Shown here: in pieces, positions 11,843 through 24,100 of the stretch
Position numbering within the stretch: position 1 is the stretch's first letter
Layout: each line of letters begins with the position of its first letter
DNA from: Squalus acanthias
Lineage: Eukaryota
Assembly (NCBI GenBank): GCA_030390025.1
Contig: JASTWF010000346.1
Coordinates: forward strand, 248,001 to 312,000
Reading direction: 5' to 3'
Length of the DNA: 64,000 nucleotides
Notes under the pieces: model-generated
Told to the model about the DNA's origin: nothing
Database searches by the model: none
What the model saw: only the letters and a program-made list of their open reading frames with translations
Translations under genes and position numbers: made by a program

Positions 11843-13449
11843 ATGGCTTCCAGACAGCAGGCTGAGCGTTGTACCGAGGAAGCAATTTGTCCTATTTGTC
11901 TTGATTTCTTCACCGATCCGGTAATACTGGAGTGTGGGCACAACTTCTGCCGCTCCTGTATCACAGTGTTGGGAAAAGAAGAGGATAAACTCCTGCCTGG
12001 AATGTAGAGAGGAGTTTCCGGAAATAAACCTCAAGGTTAATCGGGCTTTAGCTCGAGAATTAAACCTAAATCCGAAAGAGAAGGAAAGTAAACTTCACTG
12101 TGAGGAACATCAGGAAGAACTGAAGCTGTTTTGTGAAACTGACAAGAAATTGATCTGTGTGATTTGTGGAGATGCGCGGGAACACAGAGAGCACCGCTTC
12201 ATGCCCATTAAAGAAGCTGTTGGAATCTACAAGGTAAAAGGGAACAGATTTGATCACCTGATTATTTTATCACATTTTCATGGTCTAACACTTTTATTTT
12301 GTGATTTTCTCTCCCAATCCCAGGATCAGCTGAAATCTTCCTTAGATTCTCTGAGAAGAAATCGGCGGTTCAAGAAACGGAGCGACGGCAGAAACAGCAG
12401 ATTTCCCAAATTAGGGTAAATCTCCGTGTTGATTTTTGAAATTTTATTTTATTTTTTTGCTTTTATTGCAGAAAAAGCCCAGAATTTGTGGTCAGCAGTG
12501 AAGCGAAGGCGTTCGCTGTTGGCCCCGGAGTATGCTTTGCACAAGGATCTCGCAATTGAGAACCTCGTGTTTTCTGACCTTCAGTTCAATTCATTGAACG
12601 GTAGTGGGGATTCCCTTGTTCGCACTGCTGTGACAACAGGCTGTCTAAGCAGCTAATCAAAAGGCAGAATTCTCACAGACAGCGAACAAGGCAGTGAGTA
12701 AGTTCTTAAAATTATAACTTTTTAAAATAGTTAGAGAGAGCAAAAGAAAGATTGGGGCTCTCACATGGTGAAAAGGCAAACCTGAAATAAAGATAAACTT
12801 TAAAAAAAAAAAAAATTTTTTTTGAAAAACTTCTTAAAAATTTTAATATTTATTAAAATGGACGAATTTCACACTGCACAAAATTAAAATTAGTTTTCCA
12901 GGCCCTTAACATTTGTTTAGCAGTAATAACGCTGTCAAAACCCCAGTTACACCTAATCCCTTTGGGTCTAACGTTCAGTGGAGAATTTAACAGTGAACTT
13001 ACTGTGGAGATTTGGCTGATTACACAGATTGTCGGCTCGGTGGAGGAGTGGGGGGGCACAGCACAGCCTGTTTGGGAGTTGTCAATGACTGACCGCAACT
13101 TCAGGCATGCGACAAATCTCGAAGTTACAGTCAGTTTCAAAGGCGGAATGACGGCGAATGCTGCCAGTTCGCTGTCATGCCGACCGCAAATTCCGGGCCA
13201 TTATTTTTCACATTTCATTTGGTAGGAACAGTCGAGCAGTCTGCAGACCCGCATCACATCCGAGTTCACTAAAATGCACCAGATTCTCACTGAAAAAAGC
13301 AGCCTTTAATCAGAGATCACAGGGAACAAGAGGAGAGGATCCGAGAAACAATGGAGAAAAATCTTCGAGAGATTCAAGAGAATTTAATTCTGTTCAGGAG
13401 AAGTTCTCAAAGACAGTTGGAGCAAAACGACACACTGATATTTCTGAAG
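11843..13449 (+). pseudogene. TRIM (RING-B-box-coiled-coil) pseudogene; exons about 11843-12233, 12324-12415, 13226-13449
   Basis: [41 protein letters not shown], then a frameshift near 11962, then QCWE...CLECRE and a B-box (HCEEHQEELKLFCETDKKLICVICGDAREHREH). Next exons DQLKSSLDSL (92 nt) and EQSSSLQTRITSEFTKMHQIL (224 nt) are shorter than the usual 96 and 231 nt and are frameshifted. Confidence 0.88.
12477..13199. mobile_element. TIR MITE (Harbinger-like) in TRIM intron 2
   Basis: GCCCAGAATTTGTGGTC ... GACCGCAAATTCCGGGC inverted termini, AT-rich core. Confidence 0.65.
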
Positions 13450-13899
13450 GTGAGGGATTATAGTTTAGTTTAGTTCAGTGAAAGTGCACAGTCACAAATG
13501 AGAATTTTGAAATAAATGCAACATTTCCCCAATAATTCTGAACAGATTTAAACCGATCGATTGTTTTGTCTATTCCGAGGCGGATCAGTTGTTGTCACTG
13601 AAGTAATCAGCTTCCCACAATATCTACAGAATCCCGGGAATACCTGCACCCTCCAGGGAATGAGTTGCCGTGATCTTGACATTTACATTGTAATTATTTC
13701 TGTGGTGCCCAAGTTTAATATTCTCCTGAGACTCACATTACAATCCAGTTCCAGTCCCATGTTGTGAGTGTGTGGGTGTGTCTGGTACGGTGGGTGTGAG
13801 AGGCACTGTGTCTGTGAGTGGGACAAATAACATTTATCAGAGTAAAAGAGCGGGAACTGGCTCAGTTTAAAAGGAGCCCCGCGGCAGTGAAACAAACCC

Positions 13900-15845
13900 A
13901 GAGAAAAACGCACCAGGCGTATCTAAAAATGAGGTGCCAACCTGGGGAAGCTGCAACACAGGGCTACATGCATGCTAAAAAGCGGAAGCAGTATGCTATA
14001 GACAGGGCTAAGCGATCCCACAATCAACGGATCAGATCAAAGCTCTGCAGTCCTGCCACATCCAGTCATGAATGGTGGTGGACCATTAAACAACTAACGG
14101 GAGGATGAGGCTCCATGAATATTGCCATCCTCAATGATGGTGGAGCCCAGCACATGAGTGAAAAAGACAAGGCTGAAGCATTTGCAACCATCTTCAGCCT
14201 GAAGTGCAGAGTGGATGATCCATATTGGCCTACTCCTGAGGTCCCCACCATCACAGAAGCCAGTCTTCAGCCAATTTGATTCACTTCACGTGATATCAAG
14301 AAACGGCTGAGTGCACTGGATACAGCAAAGGCTATGGGCCCTGACAACATCCCGGCTATCGTGCTGAAGACTTGTGCTCCTGAACTAGCCGCGCCTCTAG
14401 CCAAGCTGTTCCAGTACAGCTACAACACTGGCATCTATCCAACAATGTGAAAAACAGCCCCGGTATGTCCTGTCCACAAAAAGCAGGACAAATCCAACCC
14501 GGCCAATTTCCACCCCATCAGTCTACCCTCAATCATCAGCAAAGTGATGGAAGGTGTCATCGACAGTGCTATCAAGTGGCACTTACTCACCAATAACCTG
14601 TTCACTGATGCCTAGTTTGGGTTCCGCCAAGACCACTCGGCTCCCGACCTCATTACAGCCTTGGTCCAAACATGGACAAAGGAGCTGAATTCCAGAGGTG
14701 AGGTGAGAGTGACTGCCCTGGACATCAAGGCAGCATTTGACCGAGTGTGGCATCAAGGAGGCCTAGTAAAACTGAAGTCAATGGTAATTGGGGGCAAAAC
14801 TCTCCACTGGCTGGAGTCATACCTAGCATAAAGGAAGATGGTTGTGGTGGTTGAAGGTCAATCATCACAGACCCAGGACATCGCTAAGGGCAGTGTCCAA
14901 GACCCAACCATCTTCAGCTGCTTCATCAATGACCTTTCCTCCAACATAAGATCAGAAATGGGGATGTTCACTGATAACTGCACAGTGTTCAGCGCAATTC
15001 ACAATTCCTCAGATAATGAAGCAGTCCATACCTGCATGCAACATGACATGGATGACGTTCAGGCTTGGGCTGATAAGTGGCAGGTAACATTCGTGCCACA
15101 GAAGTGACAGGCAATGACTATCTCCAACAAGCGAAATTCTAACCACCGCCCCATGACATTCAACCGCATTACCATCGCTGAATCCCCCACCATCAACATC
15201 CTGGGGGTCACGTTTGACCAGAAACTTAACTGGCCCAGTCACATAAATACTGTGGCAACAAGAGCAGGTCAGAGGCTAGGTATTCTGCGGCGAGTGTCTC
15301 ACCTCCTGACTCCCCAAAGCCTTTCCACCATCTACAAGGCACAAGTAAGGGGTGTGATGGAATACTCTCCACTTGCCTGGATGAGTGCAGCTCCAACAAC
15401 ACTCAAGAAGCTCGACACCATCCAGGTCAAAGCAGCCCGCTTGATTGGCACCCCATCCACCACCTTAAACATTCACTCCCTCCACCACCGGTGTACCGTG
15501 GCTGCAGTGTGTACCATCTACAAGATGCACTGCAGGAACTCGCCAAGGCTTCTTCGGCAGCACCTCCCAAACCAACGACCTCTTCCACCTAGAAGGACAA
15601 GGTCAGCTGACGCATGGGAACACCACCACCTCCAAGTTTCCCATAAGTCACACACCATCCTGCCAATCCCTGGGTCAAAATCCTGGAACCCTCCCTAACA
15701 GCACTGTGGGAGCACCTTCACCACATGGATTGCAGTGGTTCAAGAAGGCGGCTCACCACCACCTTCTCAGCGGCAATTAGGGATGGGGAATAAATACTGG
15801 CCTTGCCGGCGACGCCCACATCCCATAAACGAATAAAAGAAACAA
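13900..15845 (+). mobile_element. CR1/L2-group LINE (family B), about 1.9 kb of ORF2 with disablements
   Basis: RT motifs (ALDIKAAFDRVWH, FSCFINDL, MFTDNCTV, ILGVTFDQKLNW) with stops; 3' end atgggg...cacatccc. Confidence 0.9.
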
Positions 15846-16295
15846 AGGTTCATTAGATTGATTCCTCGGATGAGGGTTGTCCGATGAGCAGAGATTGAGT
15901 CTATACACTCAGGAGTTTAGAAGAATCTCTTTGAAACGTATAAAATATTCTGTGGGGGTTTGACAGGATAAATACTGAGAAATTGCTTCCCCTGGCTGGA
16001 GAGTCTAGAACTAGGGGGCATAGTCTCAAGATAAGGGGTCACCCATTTAAGACTGAGGTGAGGAATTTCTTCACTCAGAGGGTTGTGAATCTTTGGAATT
16101 CTCTGCCCCAAAGTGCTGTGGATGCTGAGTCCTTGAGTATATTCAAGGCTGAGATCGATAGATTTTTGGACTCCAGAGGAATCAAGGGATATGGGAAGTG
16201 GAGTTGAGGTCGAGGATCAGCCATGATCTTATTGAATGGCAGAGCAGGTTCGGGGGGGCCATATGTACAGCCTACTCCTGTTCCTGATTCTTATG
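15846..16295 (+). mobile_element. CR1 LINE 3' end
   Basis: ESRTRGHSLKIRG...[16 protein letters not shown]; cagccatgatcttattgaatggc 3' UTR. Confidence 0.85.
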
Positions 16296-17712
16296 TTGAG
16301 GCCTTCCGAGACCGCTGGGCACCGCAGGGACTGGAGGGTGTGGTGGATGTCTATGCAGTGGGTGGGTCGGTCGCAAGTGGCAGTGACCTGGGGGAGGGAT
16401 GGCGAATTGGTGTGGGCACTGGGGATGATTTGGAGACTACCACCAGTGAGATGGTGGATTCCCTAGTTCCCCCAACCAATTCCCCCCTCATTCCCACTGA
16501 GGAACTCCAGGAGTTTCATCGGAGGAACCATTTTCACTGCAACACGGTCCAGCTGGCTGTCGACCATTGGTCAGAGCTGTCGTTGCTCATCCAGTCCGTC
16601 CCGCCGCCGTCAAGACCTTGCGCATGGGCGAGGATGTTGACTAGGTTGAGCTGTGGTAGCTGAAACACCTCCTCACTGGGTTGCCTGAGGGTGCAGGGGT
16701 CAGGTAGTGGCCCCACTCCCCCGTCACATTGTTGGTGTTTTGGCCGAGGTTGCACTCGGCTTTTGTCTTGAAGATAGCCATAGCCAGCCTCAACATTAAT
16801 GGCAGCAGAGAGGCCCACCGCAGATTCAGCAACTGCTCAGTCCTTCGGGAAGGGAAGTATGCAGTGTGCTTCCTTCAGGAAACCCACACCACTCTGGGAG
16901 ACAAAGCCAAATGTAATCCTGGAGTGGAGAGGGGGGTCTACATGTATCACCTTGCCATGACTTCAAGCGGGGTGGCTATATTGTTGGCACCACATTTTCA
17001 ACTGAACATCTTAGGGGTCAGGGAGCTGGTGCCAGGTCGCTTGCTCCATCTCGCTGTTTGCCTTGGGGATGTGCCACTTCACTTATTGAATGTGTACGGA
17101 CCCCAGGCCGGTGCTCATCAAGTACGCTTTTTTGAAGAAGTGTCCACTTACCTCGACTCCATCGAAGCTAGCAAATGCATAATCCTCGGGAGTGGATTTT
17201 ATCTGCACCCTCGAGGCCCGGGACCGCTCCGACCTTCCATAGAGACTGTCATCGATGGAGAAGTTGAGGGACCTGGTCCGGTCCTTCGGCTTGGTGGTCG
17301 TCTGATGAAGTCTCCATCCCGACTCCATCACCTTCACTTTCTTGGGGACTGGAGGAGGGTGGACCAGAATTGACCGCCATTCCATTTCCTGGGCGCACGT
17401 CTCCTGCGTTCCATCAACTTCCATGCGGCCGGTGCCGTGCTCAGATCACTACCTGCTGTGGATGGAGCTTGTTCTACTTCGTGTGCGGGTGGGGTCCGCG
17501 TACTGGCACTTCAACAACCTGCTTCTGAGGACCAACGGTTCCAGGAGTCGTTCCATCACTTTTGGGTCCACTGGAGAATGAAGTGGGATTTCTCCTCCTT
17601 GAGGCTGTGGTTGAATGTGGGTAAGGCTCATGACCGTCTCTTCTGTCAAGAGTACGCAAAGGGGTCTGAAATCAGGCGGTTGGAGAAGGAGGTGCCTGGT
17701 CTGGAGTCCTGT
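16296..17712 (+). mobile_element. Tx1/L1-clade LINE fragment (ORF1 end plus APE endonuclease)
   Basis: KIAIASLNINGSRE...CFLQETH...SSGVAILL...NVYGP...RID...SDH...YWHFNNLLL. Confidence 0.85.
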
Positions 17713-18328
17713 TGATTGCTTTATTTAAATAGGAGATCAAATCGAGGGACCACTGACATTGAGAAACTAAATCAAGGGACCACTTAGACAGAGACTATAA
17801 ATGGGAATCAGAGTGCCTCAGTATGGGGAATGGTCATGATGGAGAAACCAGCTCTAGTGAAGGAGAAAGGTGGGTAATGGGTGAAGCTCACGGTGGAATC
17901 AGATGGTGACTGGTGGGAACTGCTGACAGGTTATTGTCAGAAGCCCTTTTCAGACAGCCCAATGACTGGCTGTAACCAGTATAACACTGAGATCCGCCTG
18001 TTCTTGGGCCAAAATCCCAAAGTCTAATGTCCCTCATGTCTTTTTCTGTGAGAAATGTAGCAATTTCAATGAAGGTTGGAAATTGGACTTGTGGCAGAAG
18101 AAGATTCCTTGAATGAACAATTCATGAACATGTTCTGTGACTTTTCTGTGTGAGACAAAAACATGAAATGCAAAAATGGCAGAAGGTCATCGAAAGAAAC
18201 CTTGAAAGAAGCTAAAAGGAAGATATTTTGTTTGAGTGGAATAAAGCATGTAGATTGCCATGGGAAGGAAGGGCTCCTCTTTTCCCCTCTTGTAGTTTCC
18301 TCCCCACTGTGGGGGACCCAGAGATAAT

Positions 18329-19050
18329 GGCCCAGAAATTGATCTCGCTCTGTTCCCGCGGGGGTAAGGAGCAGGCGCGATCTCTCACTCCGCGTTGGCT
18401 TTTTCAGATCCAGCTCGCACGAACTTGATGTTCCAGACATCAGCTGGGCAGTGCTTGCGTATCCCACCGGCGTAGTGAATTCGTGCGAGCTGTGGGATCA
18501 CGTGACTCAGTTAGAGCCAATGGCAGCACACCATCTTCCATTCATAAGTTTCACATACGTGCTGTGAAAGCTATGAATCTTACCCCCCCCAAAATAACAG
18601 CTAAACCTCAATTAAATTTAAAAAAAAACCATCACATTAATAAAATAAGTATAGTTAAATAAATTAACCATTTTAAATAAAAAATTAAATTTTTGAAAAA
18701 ATTTAAAATCTTTAAAAAGTTATAAAAATAAACTTACCTGTCTTTAAAGTCTCTAAAAAAGATATACCTGTTAAAAAAAATTCAAAAAAATACTTAATTC
18801 ACTACTTACCTTGTTAAAAGTGGGTCTTACTCCTCCTTTTTCCATTTCTAAAATCTTCCGTCCTTACCTGCGCGTCCAAAGCATGAAGTGCACAGCGTGC
18901 GCGCAGCCTGTAGCGCGCACGCGATGCACTGAGGAACCGCCCCCTTTTCCAAAGACCAAGTGCCGGTTTTCAGCGCATGCGCAGGGCATGCAGAAAACCG
19001 GCAATTGGAGAGAGAATACGCGAGAGTACGCAGTGCTCAATTTTTGGCCC
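18329..19050. mobile_element. TIR MITE (Harbinger-like)
   Basis: GGCCCAGAAATTGA ... TCAATTTTTGGCCC termini; GC-rich ends, A-rich core. Confidence 0.6.
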
Positions 19051-19451
19051 ATTACTTACAAGGTGTGTGCAGCAGAGACTGTTATGTGCTTGTGGTTTCT
19101 CGCTAATAATCACTGGCCTACAAGTGATTCCAGTCCCACGCATGGTTCACTTGAAGTGGTCAAGCCAGCCACTCAGTTGTATCAAACTGTTACCAGTGGT
19201 TCAAGAAGGTCCACCACCATCTTCTCAGGACAACAAGGGATGGACAATAAATCACTTGCCAGTGATACCCATGTCCCAAGAATAAGTAAGAAAAAAAACA
19301 GTTGTGTGACAGGAAATCAAGCAAAATAGGTGCATTCCTGATTAGAATGGTAGGTGGCTCAGTGTCAAGCCCATTCTAACTGTGTTCTTTGTATTGGGGT
19401 TCATCCTGTTCAGACACAGAGCAGTTTATGGGTGGATAGCAGACTATTTCC

Positions 19452-19570
19452 AAAAGCAAAATACTGTAGATACTGGAAATCTGAAATAAAAACAGAAAAT
19501 GCTGGAAATACTCAGCATCTGTGGCGAGAGAAACAGAGTTAATGTTTCAGGTCGATGACCTTTCATCAGA
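19452..19570 (-). mobile_element. Penelope-like terminal-repeat remnant with hammerhead-like core
   Basis: Minus strand CTGATGA-A-AGGTC-ATC-GACCT-GAAAC (19569-19544). Related remnants at about 33240-33345 and 44712-44813. Confidence 0.55.
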
Positions 19571-20004
19571 CTATTTCCAGTGGTTAAGGGATCAAGAACA
19601 AGGGGCTATAGATGCAAGATTAAATGTAAGAGATTTAGAACGAGGCAAGATAAACTGCTTTACACAGAGAGTTGTGAGGCTGTGGAATTCGCTTCCAGTG
19701 TCAGTGGTTGAGGCACAATGTTCTGGTGTGACAAGTGGTTCTTACGCTTTGACCCAAGACAGGCCTCAGCCCAGTCAAAGGGTTGGAATTCAAAAGTGTA
19801 GAACGTAGCTCAGAAAATAACTATGGTACTGTCGTGAAACATATTCACACAGTCTTCAGTTTATTAATTAAATACATGTGTTGAAGTGACAAATTATTAA
19901 TCCTCTGGGGATTATCGTTCAAAGAGCAACTTTCGTGCGATTACACACGAGACCAGCCCAGCACCACTTGTGAGGAACGAGTGACTTTTACTCAATTCGG
20001 TAAC

Positions 20005-20127
20005 TCAGTGAAAAACGAAAGTAAATGTTTTCAGGGACGTGCTGCTGCGAACGTGTTTACGCCTTACAGACCTGACAGAAAAAGGCGGAAAATCTTCGAT
20101 CAGATTGTCGGAAAGTAAGAGGTGAGT
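20005..20127 (+). promoter_or_regulatory. Candidate BTN-like promoter and non-coding first exon with IRF-element-like motif
   Basis: GAAAAACGAAAGT at 20010-20022, locally CpG-containing unique sequence, donor GAG|GTGAGT at 20122; next acceptor at 21094. Confidence 0.45.
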
Positions 20128-20390
20128 CCCAAATATTTTTCATTTCAGGGAAAGGTTTCATTCCCAGTGGGATTGGGCTGTTTTTATTAATGGTGAAAGG
20201 TCCCAATTTAATACAAAGCGTTGAACGGGAACCTGCTGGAGATTGTCCAGCGAAACGTTGAAATCTTTTAAAATGTCTCTAATCACCTTAAGTGTCTCGA
20301 ACTGGGTCCTATCGGTATAAGGGAACTGTAGGAAGAGGTCATTTTAGACATAAACCGTCAGAGTCAAAGAGAACGACCAGAGAGAGAGGC

Positions 20391-20400
20391 GGAAGTGAAA
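20391..20400 (+). promoter_or_regulatory. ETS-IRF composite element (EICE) GGAAGTGAAA
   Basis: Exact match to the GGAAnnGAAA PU.1/IRF consensus in the putative first intron. Confidence 0.4.
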
Positions 20401-21124
20401 GGGAGGAACATAATCTTGCGACGGCCATTAAATTAAACCGCACCCGCTGGGAGTTTACATTTAAAATCAAAGAGTTCAGACCCTGTAGATAGTTGCGCTA
20501 TCTCCTCTCTTGAAAGAAACCTTTAATTCAAAAGGCTCTCCTGTGCTAAAACCACCCTACTATTGCACATCCCCGGATTTTCATTACTCCACCATTGACG
20601 GCCGTGCCTTCAGCTGCCTGGGTCCTAAGCTCTGGAATTCCCTCCCTGAACCTCTCCACCTTTCTCTCCTCCTTTCGAGATGATCCTCAAAACTTACCTG
20701 TTCGACCAAGCTTTTGCTCACCTGTCCTAATATCTCCTTATGCGGCCCTTCACCTTGGTTTCTCAATTAAAAGAATACTCGTGCTGTTTTTAAAAAACAT
20801 ATTTTCTATTGTGTGACAAAATAAATGTAATAATCTGTAAAGTCAAGCATCTGAAAGCGGAATTCTATTAATCTGCAAAACTAGGAATGTTTTCACAGAG
20901 TTATTGAACTGATTTCACAGTAGAGTTTATTTGGTCATAAAAAGGGGTAAATCTGTGGCGTCAGAGTTTTACATTTTACCAGAAAATTGGTAGAAGTGCC
21001 ACACAGTCTGTTTAACAATGGTATGTTAATACTGCAGGTATAGCATAAGATTTATGACACATAATGAGAACTGTATCGATTTTCTGTGTATCAGGGATGG
21101 TTATTCTGCTAAGATATCACAAAG

Positions 21125-21182
21125 ATGGAAGAAACTCACCTCATTGTGCTTTTACTCCTTGGGATTTTGTTCTCTGTATATG
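21125..21182 (+). CDS. BTN-like coding exon 1: signal peptide [19 protein letters not shown](G)
   Basis: Acceptor ttctgtgtatcag ends at 21094, ATG at 21125, hydrophobic leader, donor G|gtaaga at 21183. Confidence 0.8.
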
Positions 21183-24100
21183 GTAAGAATATTAACATTT
21201 ATTCATTTAATTATATTTATTGATAATATGCAATGCACGACATAGTATTCTACTGTGAAGGTGGAACTGTCTCAAGATTGCAAAGACTAATTATTAAGTA
21301 AACATAGGCCGTTTCAGAATTTAACTGTTGCTTGGTCAGGAGTCTTTCTTTGCTCATCAGTCTGGAGGTTAGAAAGGCAGTTCAGGAGAAACCAGCATCT
21401 TAAAATTGTTTTGCAGGTGTAACAAATGCACAAAGTCTGACATGCTTGCAATGAAGTACTATTTTTTAATAATATTACAGGAACTATCATGTTTCAAGAT
21501 TTCAGACTGCAAGGAGGGGGAGATGAGAACATTAGTGTACTATATGTTGAAAATGCTGGTATTGAGCTAAACCTAGCTCTCAACAAAGAGTTAAATCACA
21601 GGCCAGCAGGGCTGGTGGGTGTAAATTAGGTTTCAGATAGAGGATCTAAACCATCATCTTTCAGACAATGAAAGTTAGTTGTTGCTATGGCAATCCTATT
21701 CATTTGAATTTAGCAGACATCATTGTCAAGTTAACCTGGACTCTTTAGGGGGAGGGCGAGGTGGAGCTAGCTATTTTGACTAAAATCTAATGCTGGAGTC
21801 AAACTTTTAAGAGGAGAGACAGAGGAAAAAAAGGCTTTTGGAAAGGAAACTGCACAGGCAGTCTGATAGCAAAAAGCCGTAATAAGAGAGGAGACTGCAG
21901 GGACAGGAGGTTCTGGTCTAGACTGTAGACCAGAATGCAGAGGGACTATTCTGATTAAGTTAGACAACTCACTGAAGAGCGCAGCATAGTGCATTCATTA
22001 TTTATTCATGTGATCACACGGAGATAAGTTCTATCGATTTGAATTAAGTGAATCTGATCACAATTATTGTTCTGTATATTTGCCTTACTTTGGAATAAAG
22101 CAGATAATGCCTTGCCTAGTATTGACTCGGTCCGCTGTCGGATTGAAGAAATGCATATGCGAAAAACACAGAGATGTGGTCCATATCGCAAGGAGTTGCA
22201 TTGTTACCCGCTATTGTATGAATAGTTATAAAACAGTTGAAGTTCATTCCCATAAAATTAAGATGCTTGGATCACTTATGGTAGTGACTGACAGTCTAGA
22301 ACACAATGTATTATTGTGCTGAAGTATAGATGTGTGACCCTATAAGTCTAATTGCTGTTAAGTAATCATTGGGCAAGGTTCATTAAGGACACTTAATAAT
22401 AAGCAAGGCTACTAATTTATAGTTTCTCTGTAATTATGGACATAGTCATGGAAATTGAGCTAAGAATATGACTACTGCTCCCACAAAACAAATGCAATTT
22501 GATTTATTTACTCACTGTAAATCAATGGCCCTGATGATCTATTTGATGTTACGTGGGATAAAACAGTATATCTACTTATTCACTGTGAGCAATGCCATTG
22601 GAGATCTGCTGTTTACATATTTGTTCCACTCTTCTGAAAGTCTTTTCTTATGCCCACATATGTTGTTAATCACGTTCCTGTTCCACTGTCACCAAGTTCC
22701 CTTCTCTCCCTCGACTTCACTCACATGCTGTTTCGTTTTCATTTTGCACTTTAATTCTGCACTCTGCCTTTCCTAATAACCAACAGCTGAACAGAACAAG
22801 AGACAACTAAAAGACATAAGTGTGCATAATATCTCTCCCTATAACATGAAAGGATTATAGATTAATTTAATAGATGTACTTTCCCTTTAACTGTGCTTGA
22901 GTATATAATCTAGGCTGACACAATGTAGGGAGTCCTACACCGTCAGGGATACCATCTTTCAGATCAGACATTAACTGAGATCCTGTCTGCCTCAGACCTC
23001 ATGACACTATTCACAGAAGAACAGGGTGTTTTCCTGATGTTCTGGCTTACATGTCACTCTCAACTAACATCACCAAGAACAGTTTACCTGGTCATTCATT
23101 CATTTTGCTGTTGTTGGAACCTTGTTTTCTGCAAATATGCTGCCACGCATACTTACAGTCGCTGGCTGTTGTGCACTTCAAAAGTAATCCACTTGTTTCA
23201 ACATCCTGAGGATGTGATCAGGAGCTATATAAATACACGTTTGTTCTTCTCCCTTTCTCTCTAATATACTTAGACATGCACAGAAAATATGAATTAAAAA
23301 CTATAGAGAGCTCCCTGATTAATAATTTGTTTGGTATTAAATTAGAAATATTTATTTACTGAGTTCATAGTCTCTCTTCCAAAAAAGATTTTTAAAAACC
23401 CTTTTCTTCCAACAGCTACATAGAGTAATAGATTTTATGTTCTGTTCAAATTAAGGACATTTGTTTATAATTGTTTAAGAGGGGATTCTAATGACAACAC
23501 TTATTTTTAAATGTAAGAATTAAGACATTTCCTGAAGTGAAGTAATTTCATCCCCAATAATTCAACAGGTAAATTCAGTGTTACTGGACCAACTCATCCT
23601 GTTGTAGCCATTGTGGGTGAAGATGTTCTGTTGGAATGTCAGCTTGTGCCAGATATATCCGTCAGCAACATGGTGGTGCGATGGCTTAAATCAGACCTTG
23701 GTTTAGCAGTACACATGTACAGAAACGGAGAAGATGATACTGCTGCTCAGGATCATGATTACAGGGGAAGGACTGAACTGTTTAAAGATGAACTGACCAA
23801 AGGAAACGTTTCTCTTAGAATAAAGAACACAAGGGTGTTTGATGAGGGGAAATACATATGTTTAGTTGATGATGAAACAGATTTTGAAGAAACTGTGATC
23901 GAGCTGAAAGTTGGAGGTTAGTGAACACATCTACTTACATGCTAATAACATTGGGAAAACAACAATTTTTTTAAACTAATATTTTGGTCAAAATTCAAGT
24001 GCTTTTTAAAAAAGATTTCTTCATTCCCTGTTATTTTTGTGCACTGTACATTTCATAAAGAAAATACTTTCAGCACAGACTGGTTCAACAAGAGTATTCA

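Noticed and set aside
11816..12419. TRIM as an intact gene
   Set aside because: Frameshifts in all three exons. One could be an assembly error, but several independent deletions make that unlikely.
21097..21182. Upstream ATG at 21097 as the BTN start
   Set aside because: It is out of frame with the IgV exon and gives no signal peptide; at most a uORF.
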